A DNA stretch of 64,000 nucleotides from Clostridia bacterium (GCA_017507005.1 JAFWBT010000019.1:13900-77899); one strand, 5' to 3'. Counted from the first letter of the stretch, positions 19,437 to 30,130 are shown. Notes: generated from the sequence alone by a model not told the origin. Made by a program: numbers and translations.

Positions 19437-20687
19437 TTATTTATGTTGAAAATATGCCGCCATATCCGCAAAAGCAACGCTTTCGCTCTCGCCCGTTGCC
19501 ATGCACTTGACGTTGGCTTTACCCTCTGCCAGCTCGTTGCCGCCAATCACCGCTACGTATTTCGCGCCCAGCTTGTCCGCGTATTTAAACTGCGCCTTTA
19601 CCGAGCGTTCCATATGGTCGATTTCCACAAACAAACCGTTCTTTCTCAACGCCGCCGCTAACTCGAAAGCTTTTTTGCGGCAATCCGCGTCCATACCTGC
19701 GATATACACCGTCGGCACGGCAGGCGCAGGGATTTCCACGCCCGTTTGGTCCATTACGATTAGCAGTCTTTCAATACCTGCAGCAAAACCCACCGCAGGC
19801 ATAGGATTTCCGCCCAATTCCTCAATCAAGCCGTCGTATCTGCCGCCCGCGCACACCGTACCCTGCGCGCCAATGGACGTCGAAACAAATTCAAACACGC
19901 TACGCGTGTAATAATCCAAACCACGCACGATACGAGGATCGATTTCATAGTCAATCCTAGCCGACGTAAGACAATATTTCAGTTCTTCAAAATGCGCCTC
20001 GCACTCAGGGCAAAGGTATTGTAAAATGGACGGCGCACTCGCGTTAATCTTCTTGCACGCATCTTCCTTGCAATCCAACAACCGCAACGGGTTCTTTTCA
20101 AAACGCGTTTTGCAATCGTAACACAACCCGTCCAAATGCGGTGCAAAAAATTCTTTCAGTGCCTTGTTATACGCCGCGCGACAAGTGGGACAGCCGATAG
20201 AGTTGACGTACAATTTTACGTTCAAGCCCAACTTTTTGAGCAGCGTATCCGCCATCAAAATCGCTTCCGCGTCCGTCTGCGCGCCCTTTGCGCCGAAAAT
20301 TTCCACGCCGAACTGGTGAAATTCACGAAGTCGCCCCGCCTGCGGACGTTCATAACGGAACGCAGGAGTGATGTAGTACATCTTCGCAGGCAACACGCTG
20401 CTCGCCATACCGTTCTCGATAAACGAACGCACCGCGCCTGCCGTACCTTCGGGTTTTAAGGTAATCGAACGGTCGCCCTTGTCCTTAAAGGTATACATTT
20501 CCTTCGTAACGATATCCGTCGTGTCGCCCACGCCGCGCTGGAATAGCTCGGTATGCTCGAACACGGGCGTACGGATTTCTTTGAGGTTGAAAAGCTTTGC
20601 AATTTCACGCGCCGTACCCTCTACGTACTGCCATTTATAGGCGTCGGAGGGCAAAACGTCTTTCGTACCTTTGGGAATATTTATCAT
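19437..20687 (-). CDS. hisS: Histidine--tRNA ligase
   Basis: Class II motifs (FRYERPQAGRLREFHQ, GGGRYD-type GGRYDGL) and a C-terminal anticodon-binding domain. Confidence 0.95.
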   Translation of the reverse strand: MINIPKGTKDVLPSDAYKWQYVEGTAREIAKLFNLKEIRTPVFEHTELFQRGVGDTTDIVTKEMYTFKDKGDRSITLKPEGTAGAVRSFIENGMASSVLPAKMYYITPAFRYERPQAGRLREFHQFGVEIFGAKGAQTDAEAILMADTLLKKLGLNVKLYVNSIGCPTCRAAYNKALKEFFAPHLDGLCYDCKTRFEKNPLRLLDCKEDACKKINASAPSILQYLCPECEAHFEELKYCLTSARIDYEIDPRIVRGLDYYTRSVFEFVSTSIGAQGTVCAGGRYDGLIEELGGNPMPAVGFAAGIERLLIVMDQTGVEIPAPAVPTVYIAGMDADCRKKAFELAAALRKNGLFVEIDHMERSVKAQFKYADKLGAKYVAVIGGNELAEGKANVKCMATGESESVAFADMAAYFQHK

Positions 20688-20699
20688 AAAAACTCCTCT

Positions 20700-22007
20700 T
20701 TATAAAACGTATTTTTTCAAATTGCGATCACCCGTCAGCTTTTGCAGGTGCTCGTCCACGTATTTGCTGTCGATATTTAAGGTGAACATAGGATAATCCC
20801 CACCGGCGTTAAAGGAAATATCTTCCAACAGATATTCCATCACCGTATGCAACCGACGCGCGCCGATATCCTCGGACGTGAGGTTCAGCTCCACCGCCAC
20901 CTCCGCAATGCGCTCAATCGCGCCACGGTCGAATTGCAACTGAATATTATCCACTTCTAACAGTTTCCCGTATTGGAAAGTGAGCGAATTTTCCGTTTCC
21001 GTCAGGATACGCACAAAATCCTCTTTCGTAAGGCTGTTCAGCTCCACAGATACGGGGAAACGCCCTTGCAGCTCGGGAATCAAATCCTCAATCGCCGCCA
21101 CGTGGAACGCACCCGCCGCAATAAAGAGGATAAAGTCCGTCTTTACAGGCCCGTATTTCGTCACCACCGTGCTACCCTCGACGATAGGCAGGATATCCCT
21201 TTGCACGCCCTCGCGCGAAACGTCCGCGCCGCCGTGATTGTTCTTCCCTGCAATCTTATCGATTTCGTCAATGAACACGATACCGTCGTTTTCCGCGCGG
21301 TACACCGCCTCTTCCTTAATCGCGTCGTCGTCTACAAGCTTTGCCGATTCCTCTTCCAGCGCAATTTGGAACGCTTCGCGCACCGAAAAACGGCGTTTCT
21401 TTTTCTTTTGCTGGAACATATCGCCAAAAATACTGCCGATAGAAATCGCCGCACCGCCCGGCACCAACTCCATAGGCTGCGGCGCGTCCAACACTTCCAT
21501 TTCAATCATGAAATTGTCGTACTGACCTTTCCGCAAACCGTCCAAAAGATTCGCCTCGAACACTTCTTTCGCCGTGTCCCCTTTCTCTTCCTTTTTTGCC
21601 TCCGCGAGTGCGTGCACAATCCGCTTTTCCGCGGCAACGGTCGCTTTCGAGCGCACTTCTTCTTCCTTTTCCGCCTTTACCAGACGATAAGCGCACTCTG
21701 CAAGGTCGCGAATCATACCCTCGACGTCTTTACCAACGTAGCCGACCTCGGTGCATTTCGTCGCCTCCACCTTTACGAACGGCGCTTTTACGAGCTTTGC
21801 AAGTCGTCTTGCAATCTCCGTTTTACCAACGCCCGTAGGGCCTTTCATAATGATATTTTTCGGCGTGATTTCCTCACGGATTTCCGCAGGCAACTGCGCG
21901 CGGCGATAACGGTTTCTTAAAGCAATCGCCACCGCTTTTTTCGCGTCGTCCTGCCCGATAATGTATTTGTCCAGCCGATTGACGATTTGTTTGGGGGATA
22001 AATCCAT
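20700..22007 (-). CDS. hslU: ATP-dependent protease ATPase subunit HslU
   Basis: LDKYIIGQDDAKKAVAIALRNR, GPTGVGKTEIARRLA, IVFIDEIDKI. Confidence 0.95.
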   Translation of the reverse strand: MDLSPKQIVNRLDKYIIGQDDAKKAVAIALRNRYRRAQLPAEIREEITPKNIIMKGPTGVGKTEIARRLAKLVKAPFVKVEATKCTEVGYVGKDVEGMIRDLAECAYRLVKAEKEEEVRSKATVAAEKRIVHALAEAKKEEKGDTAKEVFEANLLDGLRKGQYDNFMIEMEVLDAPQPMELVPGGAAISIGSIFGDMFQQKKKKRRFSVREAFQIALEEESAKLVDDDAIKEEAVYRAENDGIVFIDEIDKIAGKNNHGGADVSREGVQRDILPIVEGSTVVTKYGPVKTDFILFIAAGAFHVAAIEDLIPELQGRFPVSVELNSLTKEDFVRILTETENSLTFQYGKLLEVDNIQLQFDRGAIERIAEVAVELNLTSEDIGARRLHTVMEYLLEDISFNAGGDYPMFTLNIDSKYVDEHLQKLTGDRNLKKYVL

Positions 22008-22010
22008 TTT

Positions 22011-22631
22011 TTAGTCCTCCTTCGCCTTTTTACGGCTCGTTTTCTTTATTGTTTTTTCCTCGTTCATAGGGGGCATGGTCGCGTTCACGACATTTTCGCC
22101 CACCACTTCACAACGAATATTATCGTTGGTGAATACGCATATCTCCGAGGCAATTTTCAACGCTTTTTTCGCAATCGTTTCCGCGTCGTAGTCCGTTTCC
22201 TGATACAGCGCACGCGCCGCCGCTAAGGCGTAATTGCCACCGCTGCCGATAGCGCAAACACCCTCGTCCGGCTCAATCACTTCGCCCGTACCCGACAAAA
22301 TCAACAGCGTGTTTTCATCTGCCGTAATCATCATAGCGTCCAGCTTTCTAGGCACTTTGTCGTTTCTCCAAAGTTCGGCAAGCTCCACGGCAGAGCGCAT
22401 AAGATTGCCGCCGAATTTATTCAGCATACCCTCAAAACGTTCGGTGAGCGCAAACGCGTCCGTCACCGAGCCTGCAAAGCCTAAAATGACTTTGCCACCA
22501 AAAATGCGGCGCACTTTCACCGCAGTATTTTTAAAAATAACCGATTCGCCCATCGTCACCTGACCGTCGCCGGCAATCGCCGTCACGCCGTTCTTTTTCA
22601 CCGCGCAAATCGTCGTTCCTCTAAATTCCAT
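22011..22631 (-). CDS. hslV: ATP-dependent protease subunit HslV with a Lys-rich C-terminal tail
   Basis: [11 protein letters not shown]...GDGQVT after a short propeptide, AGGAG RBS before the ATG at 22631. About 30 extra C-terminal residues ending [11 protein letters not shown]. Confidence 0.9.
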   Translation of the reverse strand: MEFRGTTICAVKKNGVTAIAGDGQVTMGESVIFKNTAVKVRRIFGGKVILGFAGSVTDAFALTERFEGMLNKFGGNLMRSAVELAELWRNDKVPRKLDAMMITADENTLLILSGTGEVIEPDEGVCAIGSGGNYALAAARALYQETDYDAETIAKKALKIASEICVFTNDNIRCEVVGENVVNATMPPMNEEKTIKKTSRKKAKED

Positions 22632-22664
22632 ATATACTCCTATTCCCACGCTAAAACGTAGGGT

Positions 22665-23972
22665 TTATTTCATTTCCTCAATGCAAGCAAGCGCGCGTTC
22701 CGCCAAAGCGCGATAGCGTTCCTTTTTGTCCTTGATACGCACGGGCAACGACGAAAGGATACCAAAATTCGCGTTCATAGGCTGAAAATCCTTGACGGGC
22801 GTGGAAATATGCGTTTCCAAAGCGCCGCAAACGGTGCGTTCATCAAATACATGGGTGCCTCGTCCGAGGATTTCGTCCGTGATATGAATCGCCGCCAACA
22901 GTCCGCTCGCCGCGCTCTCCACATACCCTTCAACGCCCGTAATTTGACCTGCAAAGAAGACGTTCTTATTATTCTTACACGAAAAATCGCGATTTAAAAC
23001 GTCAGGCGATTGAATATACGTATTTCTATGCATCACGCCATAGCGTAAATAGTCGGCGTTTTTTAGCGCAGGAATCATAGAAAACACCCGCTTTTGTTCA
23101 GGGAATTTCAAATTCGTCTGAAAGCCGACGAGGTTGTACGTCGTGCCCTCTTCGTTTTCTTTTCTAAGCTGCAACACCGCGTACGGACGCTTGCCGTCCT
23201 CGTCCGCTAAGCCCACGGGCTTTAACGTGCCGTAACGCAGGGTGTCCCTGCCGCGCGACGCCATCACCTCGATAGGCATACACCCCTCGAAGATTTCACC
23301 CTTTTCAAACTCGTGCAATTCCACACGCTCCGCCGCGAGCAACGCGTCTACAAAGGCGTAATATTCCTCTTTGTTCATAGGGCAGTTGATATAGTCCCCC
23401 GTGCCCTTGCCGTAACGGTCGCCCGTGAACGCGGACGTCATATCCACGCTTTCCGCCAATACGATGGGCGCGGACGCGTCGTAAAAATGCAAGCCGCCGC
23501 CCGTTTTTTGCAAAATGTCCTCGCTGAGCGACTCCGTCGTGAGCGGCCCCGTAGCGATAATCAAATACCTGCCCCCCTCCTTTTCAATTTCAGGGATACT
23601 TTTCACTTCTTCGTTGACAAGGGTAAGATTAGGGCAATTTTGTAATTTTTCCGTGATATACGCCGAAAATTTTTCCCGATCGACCGCCAAAGCCGCGCCT
23701 GCCGGCACCTTCGTTGCATCCGCCGCCTCGATAATCATCGAGCCAAGCTTACGCATTTCCTCTTTCAACAATCCGCAAGCGTTCGCGTATACGTCGTTGC
23801 TTTTGAGCGAGTTGGAACACACCAACTCGCCGTAATTCGCGCTCTCGTGCGCAGGGGTAAATTTTTTCGGTTTCATCTCCACGAGGGTGGTCTTAATCCC
23901 GTGCGAAGCGAGATAATACGCCGCCTCACTACCGGCAAGCCCACCGCCGATTACGATCACTTCTTTTTCCAT
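22665..23972 (-). CDS. trmFO: Methylenetetrahydrofolate--tRNA-(uracil-5)-methyltransferase TrmFO
   Basis: VIGGGLAGSEAA FAD motif, ELVCSNS, GQITGVEGYVESAASG. Confidence 0.95.
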   Translation of the reverse strand: MEKEVIVIGGGLAGSEAAYYLASHGIKTTLVEMKPKKFTPAHESANYGELVCSNSLKSNDVYANACGLLKEEMRKLGSMIIEAADATKVPAGAALAVDREKFSAYITEKLQNCPNLTLVNEEVKSIPEIEKEGGRYLIIATGPLTTESLSEDILQKTGGGLHFYDASAPIVLAESVDMTSAFTGDRYGKGTGDYINCPMNKEEYYAFVDALLAAERVELHEFEKGEIFEGCMPIEVMASRGRDTLRYGTLKPVGLADEDGKRPYAVLQLRKENEEGTTYNLVGFQTNLKFPEQKRVFSMIPALKNADYLRYGVMHRNTYIQSPDVLNRDFSCKNNKNVFFAGQITGVEGYVESAASGLLAAIHITDEILGRGTHVFDERTVCGALETHISTPVKDFQPMNANFGILSSLPVRIKDKKERYRALAERALACIEEMK

Positions 23973-24032
23973 TATCCTTTTCCTCTGCGCTTTCCGCCTT
24001 AAAAAACTGCTGTTAACGCCTTGGATACCGTC

Positions 24033-26372
24033 TTATTCCACGTCGTCAAAATCGAAATACTGCGGTTCGTCCATAAGAGGCGGGGGTGCAAATTCGTCGT
24101 CCGTCACGGGCGTCACTTTTTTTGTCTTGTCCGTCTTTTCCGTCTTGGGTTTTTCCGTCTTGATTTTGTACGAACAATCTTTATTGCTGCACTTCACGTT
24201 GCCACGCGCCGTCTGCACGAGCGCGCTCTGACAATCGGGACACTTATCCCCCGTCGGCACGTCCCAGCTCATAAATTTACAATCAGGATAGCCCAAACAG
24301 CTGTAATACACCTTACCTTTTTTCGATTTCCGCACCGTCATAGCCGAGCCGCATTCAGGGCATTTGCCTGCCAATTTTGGCTCTTCATCCGAGGGCATCG
24401 ACATTGTCGATTTACAGTCGGGATAGCTCGGACAAGCCAAGAATCTACCGAATTTACCGCTCTTTACCACCATATTTTCGCCGCATTTCGGGCAACGCAC
24501 CGCAGAGATTTCTTCCTTGGTTTCGCTGATGATATTCTGACATTCGGGATAGTTGGAACAAGCGAGATATTTCCCAAATTTCCCCATACGACGGAGCATA
24601 AAATGTCCGCACTTGCCGCACTCGATTTCCGTTCTCTCGTCGCCGTAAGAGGACGCCAAACGCAGGTTTTTCTCAAATCCGGGATAGAAATCCCCGATTA
24701 CCGCGCGCCAATCCGTGCCGCCGTCTTCAATATCGTCGAGACGGTTTTCCATGCCCGCCGTAAACCCAACGTCCATAACGTCGATAAAGCATTTCACGAG
24801 CATATCCACAACGTCGTACGCAATGGGCGTAGGTATCATATATTTGCCGTCCTTTTTTACGTATTTTTGCATCAATTTAGAAATAATCGTTGCATACGTA
24901 GACGGTCTGCCAATCCCCTTTTCTTCCATCGCTTTAACGAGCGACGCGTCCGTATACCGAAGCGGAGGTTTGGTGAATTTTTGTTCCTTTTGCATGGACA
25001 CGAGATCGAGTACGTCGCCCTCGTTCAAATCGGGCAACAGCTTTGCCGAGCTGATTTCGTCCTCGTCCTCTTTCTTTGCGTTCGCCGCGTCTTGATACAC
25101 CGCCGTAAAGCCTGCAAACAGCAACACTTTACCGCTCGCCTTAAACACGTAGCCGCTGTTGTCGATTTCCATTTGCATACTGTTGTATCTCGCCTCCGAC
25201 ATCTGCGATGCAAGGAAACGTTCATACACCAGCTTATACAGCGAATAGTGCTTTTTATCCAGCAATTTTTTTGCCTTTTCGGGCGTCATGGAAATATCGT
25301 TGGGACGGATCGCTTCGTGCGCGTCCTGCGCGCCTTTTTTAGAAGCGTAATAGTTGGGCTTTTCAGGCGCGTATTCTTCGCCGTACACCTCGCGGATACG
25401 CTCTAACGCCTTCGCCTGCGCCTCTTTGGACACGCGGACGGAGTCCGTACGCATGTACGTGATGAACGCAATATGGTCTCCGTTTTCCGTTTCAATACCT
25501 TCGTAAAGATGCTGTGCCAGCGTCATAGTTTCGGGCGCGGTAAAGCCGAGCTTCGTCGAAGCGTCCTGCTGTAAAGAGCTGGTCGTAAAGGGCGCGGGCG
25601 CGTGCGATTTCGCAATCGTCTTTTTCACCTTGGAAACGACGAATTTACCCTGCTCGATAGCAGCGAGCACCTGCGCGGTTTCTTCTGCGGATGCAGGCTT
25701 GTATTTCTTCGCGCCTTTCTTTTCAAGCATTGCCTTGAACGACGCGTATTTTTTGGGAATATCCTGCAATTCCGCCGTCAAATTCCAGTATTCTTCGGGC
25801 ACGAACGCCGTGATTTCACGTTCTCTTTCCACGACCAAACGCAACGCAACCGACTGCACTCTGCCGCCCGAAAGCGTACGCTTGCCGTTGCCGTTTTTAT
25901 CCTCGATTTTATGATTTAACAGCGTAGAGAGCTTATAGCCCACCAATCTGTCCAACACACGGCGCGCCTGCTGTGCGTCCACGAGGCTGTAATTGATTTG
26001 ACGGGGCGTCTTTAACGCCGCCTCAATCGCGCGTTGGGATACTTCGTTAAACTCGATACGGTTTTGCCCTGCCTCGTCCAAACCGAGCACCGTTTGCAAA
26101 TGCCAAGCAATCGCCTCACCTTCGCGGTCAGGGTCGGTTGCGAGATAAACACGATCGGCTTTTTTCGTCGCGTCTACCAAACGTCTAATAACGTCCTCTT
26201 TCCCTTCGGAATTGACGTACTTTGGCTCGAAATTGTTCTTCACGTCCACGCCGAGCGTATGCACGGGCAAATCGCGGATATGCCCTGCTGACGCGTCCAC
26301 ACGGTATTGCCCTTTGAGATACTTGGAGATGGTTTTCGCCTTGGAAGGCGACTCTACGATAATTAAATCCAT
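24033..26372 (-). CDS. topA: DNA topoisomerase I
   Basis: TOPRIM domain (LIIVESPSKAKTI, LATDPDREGE), active-site region ITYMRTDS, and several C-terminal CxxC zinc ribbons. Confidence 0.95.
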   Translation of the reverse strand: MDLIIVESPSKAKTISKYLKGQYRVDASAGHIRDLPVHTLGVDVKNNFEPKYVNSEGKEDVIRRLVDATKKADRVYLATDPDREGEAIAWHLQTVLGLDEAGQNRIEFNEVSQRAIEAALKTPRQINYSLVDAQQARRVLDRLVGYKLSTLLNHKIEDKNGNGKRTLSGGRVQSVALRLVVEREREITAFVPEEYWNLTAELQDIPKKYASFKAMLEKKGAKKYKPASAEETAQVLAAIEQGKFVVSKVKKTIAKSHAPAPFTTSSLQQDASTKLGFTAPETMTLAQHLYEGIETENGDHIAFITYMRTDSVRVSKEAQAKALERIREVYGEEYAPEKPNYYASKKGAQDAHEAIRPNDISMTPEKAKKLLDKKHYSLYKLVYERFLASQMSEARYNSMQMEIDNSGYVFKASGKVLLFAGFTAVYQDAANAKKEDEDEISSAKLLPDLNEGDVLDLVSMQKEQKFTKPPLRYTDASLVKAMEEKGIGRPSTYATIISKLMQKYVKKDGKYMIPTPIAYDVVDMLVKCFIDVMDVGFTAGMENRLDDIEDGGTDWRAVIGDFYPGFEKNLRLASSYGDERTEIECGKCGHFMLRRMGKFGKYLACSNYPECQNIISETKEEISAVRCPKCGENMVVKSGKFGRFLACPSYPDCKSTMSMPSDEEPKLAGKCPECGSAMTVRKSKKGKVYYSCLGYPDCKFMSWDVPTGDKCPDCQSALVQTARGNVKCSNKDCSYKIKTEKPKTEKTDKTKKVTPVTDDEFAPPPLMDEPQYFDFDDVE

Positions 26373-26480
26373 GCTATATTCCTTAAAAATATATTTTTTC
26401 TTTTTTACTGATTTTTGGGGCTGTCTTACAAAGGCTTTACCCTTGCGCCTTGCAAGAAACTATGTTTCTTGGCTTCCCTT

Positions 26481-27356
26481 TTATAGGGCTTTATAGCAGT
26501 TGCCGCCCAAGGCAACGACCAAGCCTTTTACTTCCAGCGCCGACAACAACGCGCGCGCCTTGAACGCAGGTACGCCCGACGCCGACGATAGCTCGCTCAC
26601 GTGTGCCTCTGCTTTGTCTTTTAACGCTACGTACAGCTTTTCCTCGTCCGCCGATAATACCACCGCCGCTTTCGTTTGCGTGCGTTCTACGCCGTATTTT
26701 TTCAGTACGTCCGTCGCGTTTTCCGTCAGATACGCGCCCTCTTTCAATAACGCGTTACAGCCCTCGCCCGCCGACGAGCCAGGCGCGTACGGCAATGCAA
26801 ACAAGGGAATATCAAAGGCTTTGGCGTGCTTTGCCGTAATCAACGCGCCGCTTTTTTGCGCCGCGCCCAACACCAACACCCCTACGCCAAGTTTTGCCAA
26901 TAATTTATTGCGGTATTCGTACGAGAACGCGCGCACGGTTGCGTCGAACTCGTGCGGGGAAAGCAACAAACCGTTTTCCGCCACGCGCTGTAAAAGGGAC
27001 AAATTCCCCTGCGGCATGGACGAGAAACCGCCTGCCAAAAGACAAATCACTCTACCGCCGCTACGTAGCGCACCCTCGATAGCCGCGCTGTCGCCGCCGT
27101 CTGCCGTACCCGTTGTAATCACGAACGTGTCCGACAAATCGCTCGCTATCTGCGCGCCGAGCTTTAACGCGTACGCAGGTGTCCTGCGCGAACCCACGAT
27201 AACGAATTTTCTGCCGTGTAAAAGGGAGATATCCCCCACGGCGTACAGCGTTTCGGGCGCGTCTTTAACGTCCAGCCACTCGGCAGGGTAATCCGCCGCG
27301 CCGCGCGGGATTGCGGCCATAGCGTTTTTTAATTGTGCCGTGGATAAAAACTGCAA
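26481..27356 (-). CDS. dprA: DNA processing protein DprA (Smf)
   Basis: VGSRRTPAYALK, TGTADGGDSAAIEGAL, and a C-terminal winged-helix-like tail. Located upstream of topA, as is usual in Firmicutes. Confidence 0.85.
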   Translation of the reverse strand: MQFLSTAQLKNAMAAIPRGAADYPAEWLDVKDAPETLYAVGDISLLHGRKFVIVGSRRTPAYALKLGAQIASDLSDTFVITTGTADGGDSAAIEGALRSGGRVICLLAGGFSSMPQGNLSLLQRVAENGLLLSPHEFDATVRAFSYEYRNKLLAKLGVGVLVLGAAQKSGALITAKHAKAFDIPLFALPYAPGSSAGEGCNALLKEGAYLTENATDVLKKYGVERTQTKAAVVLSADEEKLYVALKDKAEAHVSELSSASGVPAFKARALLSALEVKGLVVALGGNCYKAL

Positions 27357-27366
27357 TTTCGCTCCT

Positions 27367-27630
27367 TTATTTTAAAAGCAAAAAGATCAAAAGACCAATC
27401 TGCCACAAAACGCCCAACACGTTTACAACGTGGAAATACCAATGTTTGGTTTTATGCCGCGCCACGTGCATCGCCACGATACCGCCCACCGCGCCGCCCA
27501 AAAACGACATACCGAGCAGTGCCTTTTCACTCACACGCCAACGCCCTTTTTTTGCCTTACGTTTGTCCGCAAGATAAGTAAAAAACGTTATCACGGACGC
27601 CACCGCAAGATAGATAGCGTAATAATACAT
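27367..27630 (-). CDS. DUF1294-family small membrane protein
   Basis: DKRKAKKGRWRVSEKALL...GGAVGG...ARHKTKH pattern. Confidence 0.7.
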   Translation of the reverse strand: MYYYAIYLAVASVITFFTYLADKRKAKKGRWRVSEKALLGMSFLGGAVGGIVAMHVARHKTKHWYFHVVNVLGVLWQIGLLIFLLLK

Positions 27631-27642
27631 ACTACAATCCTT

Positions 27643-29232
27643 TTATTCAATATCCCCCAGCTCTGCGCCGTAGGTGCGATAGGAAATCGCCTCGTACAAA
27701 TGGTCGGGCTGGATATTTTCCGATAAATCCAAATCGGCAATCGTCCGCGCCACTTTCAAAATTCTCGACCGCGCACGCGCCGATAAATGCAAACTTTCAA
27801 ACGCCTCGCGCAAAACGTCCTCGCATTGCTTGCTCAAACGGCAATATTCGCGCGTTTCTTTCTCGCCCATTTCCGCGTTCGTCTTTACCCTGCTCCCCTC
27901 AAACCGCTCACGCTGTATCTTTCTCGCGCTGTCCGCGCGCTGTTTCACCACCGCACTGCTCTCCTCCACCGTTTCGGCAACCAGCGCGTCGTATTCCACG
28001 CCGTCCACTTCCACTTGGATATCGATACGGTCGAGCAGCGGCCCTGAAATCTTCGCGCGATACCGCCGAATATCGTTGGGCGTACACGTACAACGGCGTT
28101 TTTTACTGCCGTAATGTCCGCAGGGACAAGGATTCATACTCGCGCACAGCATAAAGGACGCGGGATAGGTCACCGTGCCGCCCGAACGGGAAATGGTGAT
28201 AACGCCGTCCTCCAAGGGCTGACGGAGCGCTTCGAGCGCCGAACGCTTGTATTCGGGCAATTCGTCCAAAAACAATACGCCGCCGTGCGAAAGACTAATT
28301 TCGCCAGGATGCACCGATTTATTACCGCCGCCGCATAAGGAAACGGTGGTCGCCGTATGATGAGGACTGCGGAACGGACGTTCCGTCACGATTCCGTCCT
28401 CGCCCAAAGTACCTGCTACCGAGTGTATTTTCGTAATTTCAAGCGCCTCGTCAAACGCCATATCGGGCATTACGGAGGGTATCGAACGGGCAAGCATCGT
28501 CTTGCCGCTCCCCGGAGGGCCTACGAACAGAATATTGTGTCCACCTGCCACCGCCACTTCCACGGCGCGTTTTGCCATATCCTGACCTTTAACAAACGCC
28601 AAATCGTACGCGCTCTTGCTCGCCTCTGCTTTTGCGGCAAAGGATGCCACGGGTACGATGGGCATGGGCGCAAAACCCGACAAATGGTCGACGACTTCGC
28701 GAAGATTTTTCGCTGCGTACACCGCTACGCCGTCGATATACCCTGCCTCTTTTTCGTTGTCCTTGGGAATAATGAATTTTTTATAGCCCTTATCGCGCGC
28801 GGAAATAATCGAGGGCAACACGCCCGTCACGGGGCGCAAATCGCCGTTCAAGGCAAGCTCGCCTAAAAACACCATACCCTCTACGTCCGCCTCTAAAACG
28901 CCGTAGGCAAGGAGCAAACTAATCGCCACGGGCAAATCGAAAGACGAGCCTTCCTTTTTCACGTACGCAGGCGCGAGATTGATTGTAATTCTGTGCGCGG
29001 GGAAATCGAGCGCGCTGTTTTTCACGGCGCTCTTGACGCGTTCTTTGGATTCTTTCACCGCGGTATCGGGCAACCCTACCATCTCGTAAGACGGCAAGCC
29101 CTTCGACACGTCCGCCTCCACCGTGACAGGCACGCCTTCAAGACCGGACAACGCGTAGCTTTGCACCCTTGCAATCACACTCTTTTCCTCCGTACGTATT
29201 TTTAGGATTTTTGCCGCTATATTTATCGGCAA
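27643..29232 (-). CDS. comM: YifB/ComM-family Mg-chelatase-like AAA+ ATPase
   Basis: GPPGSGKTMLA, VLFLDELPE, and a CxCxxxxxC segment. The true start may be the GTG at 29178 (GGAGG upstream). Confidence 0.9.
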   Translation of the reverse strand: MPINIAAKILKIRTEEKSVIARVQSYALSGLEGVPVTVEADVSKGLPSYEMVGLPDTAVKESKERVKSAVKNSALDFPAHRITINLAPAYVKKEGSSFDLPVAISLLLAYGVLEADVEGMVFLGELALNGDLRPVTGVLPSIISARDKGYKKFIIPKDNEKEAGYIDGVAVYAAKNLREVVDHLSGFAPMPIVPVASFAAKAEASKSAYDLAFVKGQDMAKRAVEVAVAGGHNILFVGPPGSGKTMLARSIPSVMPDMAFDEALEITKIHSVAGTLGEDGIVTERPFRSPHHTATTVSLCGGGNKSVHPGEISLSHGGVLFLDELPEYKRSALEALRQPLEDGVITISRSGGTVTYPASFMLCASMNPCPCGHYGSKKRRCTCTPNDIRRYRAKISGPLLDRIDIQVEVDGVEYDALVAETVEESSAVVKQRADSARKIQRERFEGSRVKTNAEMGEKETREYCRLSKQCEDVLREAFESLHLSARARSRILKVARTIADLDLSENIQPDHLYEAISYRTYGAELGDIE

Positions 29233-29339
29233 AAGGCAATTTTTCCCTACCTTATATATATGCCCTTATTATTGTACCCTAAAAAAGACAAAAAGTAAAC
29301 CGAATTTTATATATTTTTTTACGGAAAAGGAATTTTTTA

Positions 29340-30130
29340 TAATGTGAGTAAATATCCCCCACTAAAGTGGGGGCTTTATTTTGCGCACTAAAGTGCGTGA
29401 ATACTGGCGCAGGCGTCCCAACGCCATCTTAACTCGCCTACTGCACACAAGCAAGCGGTAATTTATTTTTTCTTATTCCGATTTGATTCCAACCATTTTT
29501 TGAACGGGTCGTATATTCCACCATACTTATTTGGTTGGATATCAAATCTTCTGTTTCTTGGTGTTGGATATACTTCTGTACCGCTTGCTTGTTAGCACCT
29601 ACGGTGCTTACGTAATATCCGCGACTCCAAAAGTGCCTATTCCCTATTTTGTACTTCATGTGAGCATATCGCTCGAAGATTATCATTGTACTCTTACCCT
29701 TGAGATACCCCATAAACGATGATACTTTCTCATTCGGCGGTATGCTCACTAACATATGTATGTGGTCGGGCATTGCGTGAGCTTCTATGATTTCCACTTC
29801 CTTACGTTGACATAGTTCTCTCAATATTTTCCCAATATCTTCACGCAATGCCCCATAAATTATTTTTCTATGGTATTTTGGCGTGAACACGATATGATAT
29901 TGACATTTCCATGTCGTATGTGCTAAACTGTATGTATCGTTATTTTGATTTTTCAATTTTAACATCCTCCTTTGTGCTTACTTGTGTACGGTTGCGAGCC
30001 TTACATACAGTTTAGCATAGAGGAGCTTTTTTGTATAGCAAATGATAGGCTTGAAGCTAAAGCTATTTGCCACCAGCATAGCTGGTGGTTTCTGACAACC
30101 GCGAGTTCCCACTCGCGGTTGTTGCTGTAT
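29340..30130 (-). mobile_element. IS200-type insertion sequence (IS200/IS605 family, tnpA only)
   Basis: Y1 transposase gene flanked by subterminal hairpins. These are CCCCCACTAAAGTGGGGG and GCGCACTAAAGTGCG on the 3' side, and CCACCAGCATAGCTGGTGG and CAACCGCGAGTTCCCACTCGCGGTTG on the 5' side. Exact ends not determined. Confidence 0.75.
29438..29965 (-). CDS. tnpA: IS200/IS605-family Y1 transposase TnpA
   Basis: YHIVFTPKYHRK and MPDHIHMLVSIPP (HUH motif), with the catalytic Tyr region RGYYVSTVG. Confidence 0.9.
   Translation of the reverse strand: MLKLKNQNNDTYSLAHTTWKCQYHIVFTPKYHRKIIYGALREDIGKILRELCQRKEVEIIEAHAMPDHIHMLVSIPPNEKVSSFMGYLKGKSTMIIFERYAHMKYKIGNRHFWSRGYYVSTVGANKQAVQKYIQHQETEDLISNQISMVEYTTRSKNGWNQIGIRKNKLPLACVQ

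Noticed and set aside
24021-25406. Long antisense ORFs opposite real genes. Examples are 24021-25406 (+) opposite topA, 20973-21920 (+) opposite hslU, 8530-9825 (+) opposite the ABC exporter, 53113-53850 and 53905-54708 (+) opposite frr and pyrH, and 18151-19038 (-) opposite rubrerythrin.
   Set aside because: Their translations are Arg/His/Phe-rich and low-complexity, with no motifs and no RBS. Each lies fully inside a gene with strong family signatures on the other strand, so these are shadow ORFs.
26424-26435. The 12-mer CTTACAAAGGCT shared between the dprA/topA intergenic region and the TPP riboswitch (44464-44475).
   Set aside because: Identical 12-mers between two arbitrary sites are expected many times by chance in a 64-kb window. 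The flanks show no similarity.
29438-29965. The IS200 TnpA as the RAYT-like mobiliser of the dispersed repeat family.
   Set aside because: The hairpins flanking this tnpA (loops CTAAAG, stems CCCCCAC and GCGCAC, and so on) are unrelated in sequence to the repeat. The element lies in an AT-rich, apparently acquired islet. No repeat copies flank the gene in the inverted arrangement typical of RAYTs.
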